Shown one piece after another: positions 59,336-64,000 of a stretch of DNA of 64,000 nucleotides. The position numbers and the translations under genes are program-made. The stretch's first letter is position 1, and each line of letters opens with the position of its first letter. This stretch comes from a virus (Duplodnaviria; Heunggongvirae; Uroviricota; Caudoviricetes): IMG/VR virus record IMGVR_UViG_3300029288_000078, positions 118,733 to 182,732 of that record; one strand, written 5' to 3'. The notes beneath the pieces are model-generated. The model saw only the letters and a program-made list of their open reading frames with translations. It ran no database searches and was not told the DNA's origin.

Positions 59336-59623
59336 TTATTTACACTCCACCTGTATATTGCGAGAAATAACATGCCGTTTTGCCGACATCATGGTAAATA
59401 CATTTTGTGAATTTCGTTCAGTGCATTGAGTTGCGTCTCCTTGCGAAGCGCACTCAAGAGCATACGCTGGCCCTTGGTACCAAACTTGGCCATCTACCTT
59501 AGCTACACAATAACTACGATCCATACTCATCGAGTAAAGGGTGCCCATTAAAAACAGTATAAAAATAAATAATACAGCACCAATTACCACCCAAAGCATA
59601 ATTCTAATCTCATCTCTATCCAT
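59336..59623 (-). CDS. membrane-anchored Cys-rich small protein
   Basis: ATG after AAGAGGG. TM helix followed by four cysteines. Confidence 0.4.
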   Translation of the reverse strand: MDRDEIRIMLWVVIGAVLFIFILFLMGTLYSMSMDRSYCVAKVDGQVWYQGPAYALECASQGDATQCTERNSQNVFTMMSAKRHVISRNIQVECK

Positions 59624-59766
59624 ATAGCCCTCTTGTTTAAAAATATTAATATCAGACTTTACCTCACATAAAACAAACAAACAAGAGCCTCCCCTGTTTT
59701 CTTGTTGACTTATTTGTTTGATGCTATTAATACAAAATGGTTTTCATTAACCAAGAGGAGTTTTTT

Positions 59767-60063
59767 ATGGGCGATTGCAAAGACAACATGATTCCTTCTA
59801 CACCAGCCACCGACAAGTCTTTTGGATTCTTTAAAAGCAAAAAAAACGACAAATCTCAAGGCAATAAAGAACTAAACTTTGCCGATATTATTACCGCCGC
59901 TGATGAGTCTTTAGCGAAATTACTTATAAAAAAAGAAGTTGATCTAAAAACTGAAAAGGGTTCTGAAGACAAAAATCGGATTTCTTTATCTATTCTAAGA
60001 AACATGTCTTGGCATTTAGATCAAATCGTTGAATTGGGTAGTGAGTATGTCAAAAAGAATTAA
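59767..60063 (+). CDS. hypothetical protein
   Basis: ATG after AAGAGGAG. Confidence 0.4.
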   Translation: MGDCKDNMIPSTPATDKSFGFFKSKKNDKSQGNKELNFADIITAADESLAKLLIKKEVDLKTEKGSEDKNRISLSILRNMSWHLDQIVELGSEYVKKN

Positions 60064-60349
60064 AGAAGAGTTTTATTGTGACTCTGAAGGTGGCGGTTGC
60101 TCTAAATACTTTTTAACATGGCTAAGAGAAAATATGTTTGGCAATTATTCAATAGAATGCCCAGCGTGTGGTCATATTCATTTTCGGTTTATTAGAAATG
60201 GATTAGTAACGTTAGATAGACACGATCTACGAGCAGGCGAAGCTGAAATCATTGTTGGATTAAAATCTACATTGAGAGACACGCCTTGGCATACAGATCC
60301 TGACTTTCGACGCTCGTGTTTGTTCGCTATCGCCGGAGGGAACATATGA
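60047..60349 (+). CDS. zinc-ribbon small protein
   Basis: CDSEGGGC...CPACGH. Confidence 0.4.
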   Translation: MSKRIKEEFYCDSEGGGCSKYFLTWLRENMFGNYSIECPACGHIHFRFIRNGLVTLDRHDLRAGEAEIIVGLKSTLRDTPWHTDPDFRRSCLFAIAGGNI

Positions 60350-60630
60350 TAATTACTACTATAGAACACATACCAACAAAACGGAAAGAGCTTTGTGCGG
60401 TATGTGCAATTGAAGAACAAAATTGGTACGAAGATCAAATCAAAGAAGCTAAAGCCACGGCAAAAGAATTCAAATTATCATCTACTGGCATAGGCATTTG
60501 GACAGGCAATGATCTTGTTTTAAAAGTCGAAATCGGGATTTTTGATTCCAATATGCCCAGATATGATCGTGTTTTTTGGAAACAAATCAAAAAGGATATT
60601 AATAATGCAGCAAAAAATAAACCAGAATAG
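60346..60630 (+). CDS. hypothetical protein
   Basis: ATG after GGAGGG. Confidence 0.4.
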   Translation: MIITTIEHIPTKRKELCAVCAIEEQNWYEDQIKEAKATAKEFKLSSTGIGIWTGNDLVLKVEIGIFDSNMPRYDRVFWKQIKKDINNAAKNKPE

Positions 60631-61096
60631 ATTTTCTGTAAATTTCGATCCTTTATCTAAAAAACAAACCGAAGAAGCCAAAGCGATATATCAACAAGCT
60701 AAAGCAGAAAACAGAATTATTTATACTCCATGCATGTCTCAAAAAATCACTGTATGGAAAGAAATAACAGATGGCTTTACTGTAGAACGCGAAGAACTAG
60801 ATGAGAATCAATTTCCTCTACGAATTTTAGACGAAACAGGAGATAGACGCCTAGTGTGGGATTGTAGATCCCCACGAGAATCTAACGAAGCTGCGCAAAA
60901 ATTCGAAGAATATTTAGCAAAAGGCTGGAAAGCCTACGCTATTAATCGGCATGGGAAAAAGAATTTTAGAATCATGGGATTCGATGCTAATTATGAAGAA
61001 GTAATATTTGAAGAAAAAAACGCCAGAGAGAGATTATCTACTTTTTGTAAAACTGTTTCTGAAGTTCGTATGGTTCCTTCCACTAGACCGGGGTGA
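60605..61096 (+). CDS. hypothetical protein
   Basis: ATG after AAGGA. Confidence 0.4.
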   Translation: MQQKINQNRFSVNFDPLSKKQTEEAKAIYQQAKAENRIIYTPCMSQKITVWKEITDGFTVEREELDENQFPLRILDETGDRRLVWDCRSPRESNEAAQKFEEYLAKGWKAYAINRHGKKNFRIMGFDANYEEVIFEEKNARERLSTFCKTVSEVRMVPSTRPG

Positions 61097-61099
61097 TTT

Positions 61100-62173
61100 A
61101 TGCCGCCTTTTTCTGTAGCGATACCTCAATCCAAATTTTGTAATGCAAGTGTTGATATTAGCCCAGCACCAGTAATGACGCTAGCTAATTATATAGGTTC
61201 TACCATAAACGATCACACAATAACTGGCATAGTTGCGCACGCCAATCGTTTACAAAACTCAATCACATTGCAACATCGCACAAACGTACTTACCGCAAAC
61301 GACGTTTCCATAAATGCTAATAATGATATATCTCTTAGCTACACTAACGGAGCTACTGTAAACATTAACTATCCACAATTAAGCGGTACCGTCTCGACTA
61401 TGGTTAATGACGGACTTATATATACAGACATTCCAACTAATTCGCATCTAAACGTAAATGGCCGACTCTACACTCATCGTCAGTCTGACCATTTAAATTA
61501 TACACACGGACTTATTAATAGACAACAAGATGGAGATTACAAAACCTGCGCCTTTAATAAAACTAAAATAGAAACTTATTCTGACGATGATGATTTAATT
61601 ATTACAATTAATGGCCAAGAGTTTTACTCAAAAGACGTTACTATAGAGTCAATAAAAGCAAGGAAGTTTCGAAAAACAGAAGAGCGGCGATTATCTTTAT
61701 ATGCAAACCAACCTGTTGATACCAGACGAAGAAGAGGAAAAATCATATCTTCTGCTGATTTTGCCGAACTTAAAGCACAAGAAACTTTACGAGAATTTAT
61801 TTCAGAATCAGAATGGCGGAGATACTTAACAAGCGGTTTTATTATCGTTAAATCGCAACATCACCAAGATCGCGTCTATCAAATACACAGAGATGAAAGA
61901 ATTAATGTATGGATAAAAGGAAAAATGGTTTGCAAACTTTGTATTCATTCCAATAATTGCCCACCTACAGATCACGTTATTGCTATGAAAACTTTAGCAG
62001 AATTAGATGAAGTGTCTTTATGGAAAGGATCTAATATTCATAACTTGTTGCCTGAATTTAAACATTTGGATATTAAACAGAACAGCGTTTATCAAACCCT
62101 CGATACCATTCTCACCGGCATCTTCCCTTTACAAACTGCCACCGCTAACGTTATTGGTATCCGCGTAGCCTGA
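61100..62173 (+). CDS. hypothetical protein (357 aa)
   Basis: ORF convergent with the structural cluster. Confidence 0.45.
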   Translation: MPPFSVAIPQSKFCNASVDISPAPVMTLANYIGSTINDHTITGIVAHANRLQNSITLQHRTNVLTANDVSINANNDISLSYTNGATVNINYPQLSGTVSTMVNDGLIYTDIPTNSHLNVNGRLYTHRQSDHLNYTHGLINRQQDGDYKTCAFNKTKIETYSDDDDLIITINGQEFYSKDVTIESIKARKFRKTEERRLSLYANQPVDTRRRRGKIISSADFAELKAQETLREFISESEWRRYLTSGFIIVKSQHHQDRVYQIHRDERINVWIKGKMVCKLCIHSNNCPPTDHVIAMKTLAELDEVSLWKGSNIHNLLPEFKHLDIKQNSVYQTLDTILTGIFPLQTATANVIGIRVA

Positions 62174-62977
62174 GTAAAGAGGCAATCCTGAAAAATCTAT
62201 TTGTTCATTAGAATCTTGTAAATGATTTTGTGTAACTATCACCTGTTGAGGAGCGTAATAAAGCTGCCTTGGCAATCCACCATGACCACTTTGATTCGAT
62301 GGCAAAAGACGTAAGGTGTGAGGAATTCTACTAGCAATCCACACTGGCGAAAACCAATATACTACAGTTAGAATTTGTTTAGGCAGAGGTTTGTTACCAC
62401 TCGACACCCACTGAATCGCACCTTCTAAACTAATTATAAAATCTGGTCCTTGCTCAAAACGCATAGTCGAAGAAGCTAAATAATCTACATTTTTAATTTT
62501 ATGTTTTGCTCTAAGATCACCATTAGGGTTGTATTCTAAAAGCTCTGTGGTTTGTTCAGTGATATCTGGATTCGGCACTATTAAATCTCTAGGACGCACA
62601 TAAACCCTTCCCTTATCACCGTCTAGGTATAAGCCAGCAACGTTAACCACAGCGCTAGCAAAACCGTATACAGAGTCTGATTGCAACCTGTGCTCCATAG
62701 AAATGTTCTGACATACAACCTTAACTTGTCTAATGTCATAAAACATTACGCCATATTTGTTAGCTTCCACAGTATTTACATTTACTCCAGCAGGCAACGA
62801 AGCTCTATCAGGGGAATAGCAATGTCTATAGTGATAAGCTAAAAAACCTTTTGTATCGATTAAGTTTCGAACGCCCTGCTCTTGAAACGCCGCTACAGGT
62901 GCTAAGTCCGGCATCGACCCCACACCAATTAAACCAGTCGTATCGTTTATATCCTGAATCGGTAAATTAGCTTCCAT
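62129..62977 (-). CDS. structural-module hypothetical protein
   Basis: ORF. Confidence 0.45.
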   Translation of the reverse strand: MEANLPIQDINDTTGLIGVGSMPDLAPVAAFQEQGVRNLIDTKGFLAYHYRHCYSPDRASLPAGVNVNTVEANKYGVMFYDIRQVKVVCQNISMEHRLQSDSVYGFASAVVNVAGLYLDGDKGRVYVRPRDLIVPNPDITEQTTELLEYNPNGDLRAKHKIKNVDYLASSTMRFEQGPDFIISLEGAIQWVSSGNKPLPKQILTVVYWFSPVWIASRIPHTLRLLPSNQSGHGGLPRQLYYAPQQVIVTQNHLQDSNEQIDFSGLPLYSGYADTNNVSGGSL

Positions 62978-62981
62978 TGGT

Positions 62982-63200
62982 TTAATTTCTCATTTCTAAT
63001 TTAGCTATGTATTTTTTAACTGTTTCATAATACTTTAATTCTTTAAAATATTGATCTTTATAATGTTCTAGTGCTTTCTTGTCTTTTGTTGAATCTAATT
63101 TTTCCTGCATATTATCCAACCAAACCAATTCAATTTCAGATCTTGATAACAGTTTTTCTAACTCTGCTTTACTCCGAACCGAAAGACTACCCTCATCCAT
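62982..63200 (-). CDS. small coiled-coil protein
   Basis: ORF. Confidence 0.4.
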   Translation of the reverse strand: MDEGSLSVRSKAELEKLLSRSEIELVWLDNMQEKLDSTKDKKALEHYKDQYFKELKYYETVKKYIAKLEMRN

Positions 63201-63706
63201 TTCAGTTTTCCTTTTAAAGAGGTTTAGTTTTAGTTTAGCAAAAAACTGGATGTGATAAAGTTGAATAGCTCATCTACCATGATGTGGAAGGAGTGACGGG
63301 GGTGTTACGGCATCCCCAGCTTTTTACCTTTCCTTTGATTTTTTGATAGAGAAGAAGTTAAGGAATTGTTAAACAGGTTATGTGGCATTAAAGAATGTTA
63401 ATAATACCCAGTTACTGTAGTTACACCGTAATTAAATACCTCTCTTCTAATGTTTAATTTTTCTTATAAATAATAATATGCTCAAATAATAAGCAAAACA
63501 AAACACCTATAGGGAAATTTAATATTGGTAAAATTTTTAATAATTTAAACAGGATATGTTTTTAAAATGAACAAACTGGCTGGCTAACTTGAACAAAAAA
63601 AAAAGTGTGGTAAACTTTGTTTAGAACATATCAAAATAATAAACAAAAATCTCCACACGGGATTCGCCCCAAAAGGGCATTTGAAATGCCATAAAGGACT
63701 GTTTTA

Positions 63707-64000
63707 ATGTTACCAGAAAATTTCGGCGGATTCAACTCAGATGGCACTTTTAACGTAATAATAGATGGTAAATCTAAATCGTTCAAAACCAAGGCCACGG
63801 CAGAGCGAGCCATAAACGCTTACAATAATAGACACTTAAAAGAAAACCATAAAGATAGAATCACCCTTGAGGGCGTACATGGTGTGTTTGCGTTTTATTC
63901 GGCTGGGTATGATAAATATACAAACAAAGCGCCTATAGCGAAGTACGACAATTGTGAATTAACGGATCTAATTGCTAGTAAAAAAATTAGAGATTATCCT
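63707..64000 (+). CDS. hypothetical protein (5' partial, continues beyond window)
   Basis: ATG 63707 after AAAGGA. Open frame runs to the window end. Not in the ORF track. Confidence 0.4.
   Translation, partial: MLPENFGGFNSDGTFNVIIDGKSKSFKTKATAERAINAYNNRHLKENHKDRITLEGVHGVFAFYSAGYDKYTNKAPIAKYDNCELTDLIASKKIRDYP

Noticed and set aside
63631-63813. 60-aa minus-strand ORF.
   Set aside because: It overlaps the RBS-supported plus-strand partial gene starting at 63707.
1-64000. CRISPR array / integrase / attachment site.
   Set aside because: No regularly spaced direct repeats, no tyrosine or serine recombinase signature, and no tRNA-flanking direct repeat were seen.
1-64000. Eukaryotic giant-virus origin, suggested by AT richness and tRNAs.
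   Set aside because: Consistent AGGAGG-type Shine-Dalgarno sites, bacterial-type tRNAs with encoded CCA, lipoboxes and contractile-tail genes indicate a bacteriophage.

Overview
This AT-rich (~36% GC) window reads as a segment of a large tailed phage with a contractile tail, probably a jumbo-type myovirus. Strong AGGAGG-type ribosome-binding sites (RBS/SD) are used throughout. The region 1–7 kb carries small membrane-protein and accessory genes: a lipoprotein tyrosine phosphatase, a J-domain protein, a vWA protein and an adenylosuccinate-synthetase (PurA/PurZ)-family gene. Next comes a cluster of six tRNA genes (His, Gln, Cys, Tyr, Asn, Ser). From 8–20 kb there are mostly minus-strand early/middle-type genes, including two sigma-70 region-4-like proteins, and five copies of a conserved promoter-like motif. 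A multidomain endolysin (PG-binding + CHAP) and a metallophosphoesterase lie on the plus strand. A plus-strand tail module spans 21–27.8 kb: tape measure, hub and a gp5/gpV-like central spike with an HxH tip. Nucleotide/RNA-metabolism genes follow: a class II RNR-like protein, thioredoxin, an RtcB RNA ligase and a Dam-family methyltransferase homologue with an altered catalytic motif. From 39–63 kb the minus strand carries a structural cluster with three tube-like paralogs, an embedded tRNA, a sheath, scaffold-like and other virion proteins, and an SPFH lipoprotein. This cluster is interrupted at 41.6–45.6 kb by an island holding PD-(D/E)xK and DUF559-type homing-endonuclease-like genes and an orphan N6-adenine methyltransferase. 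No CRISPR array, integrase or terminase was recognised.
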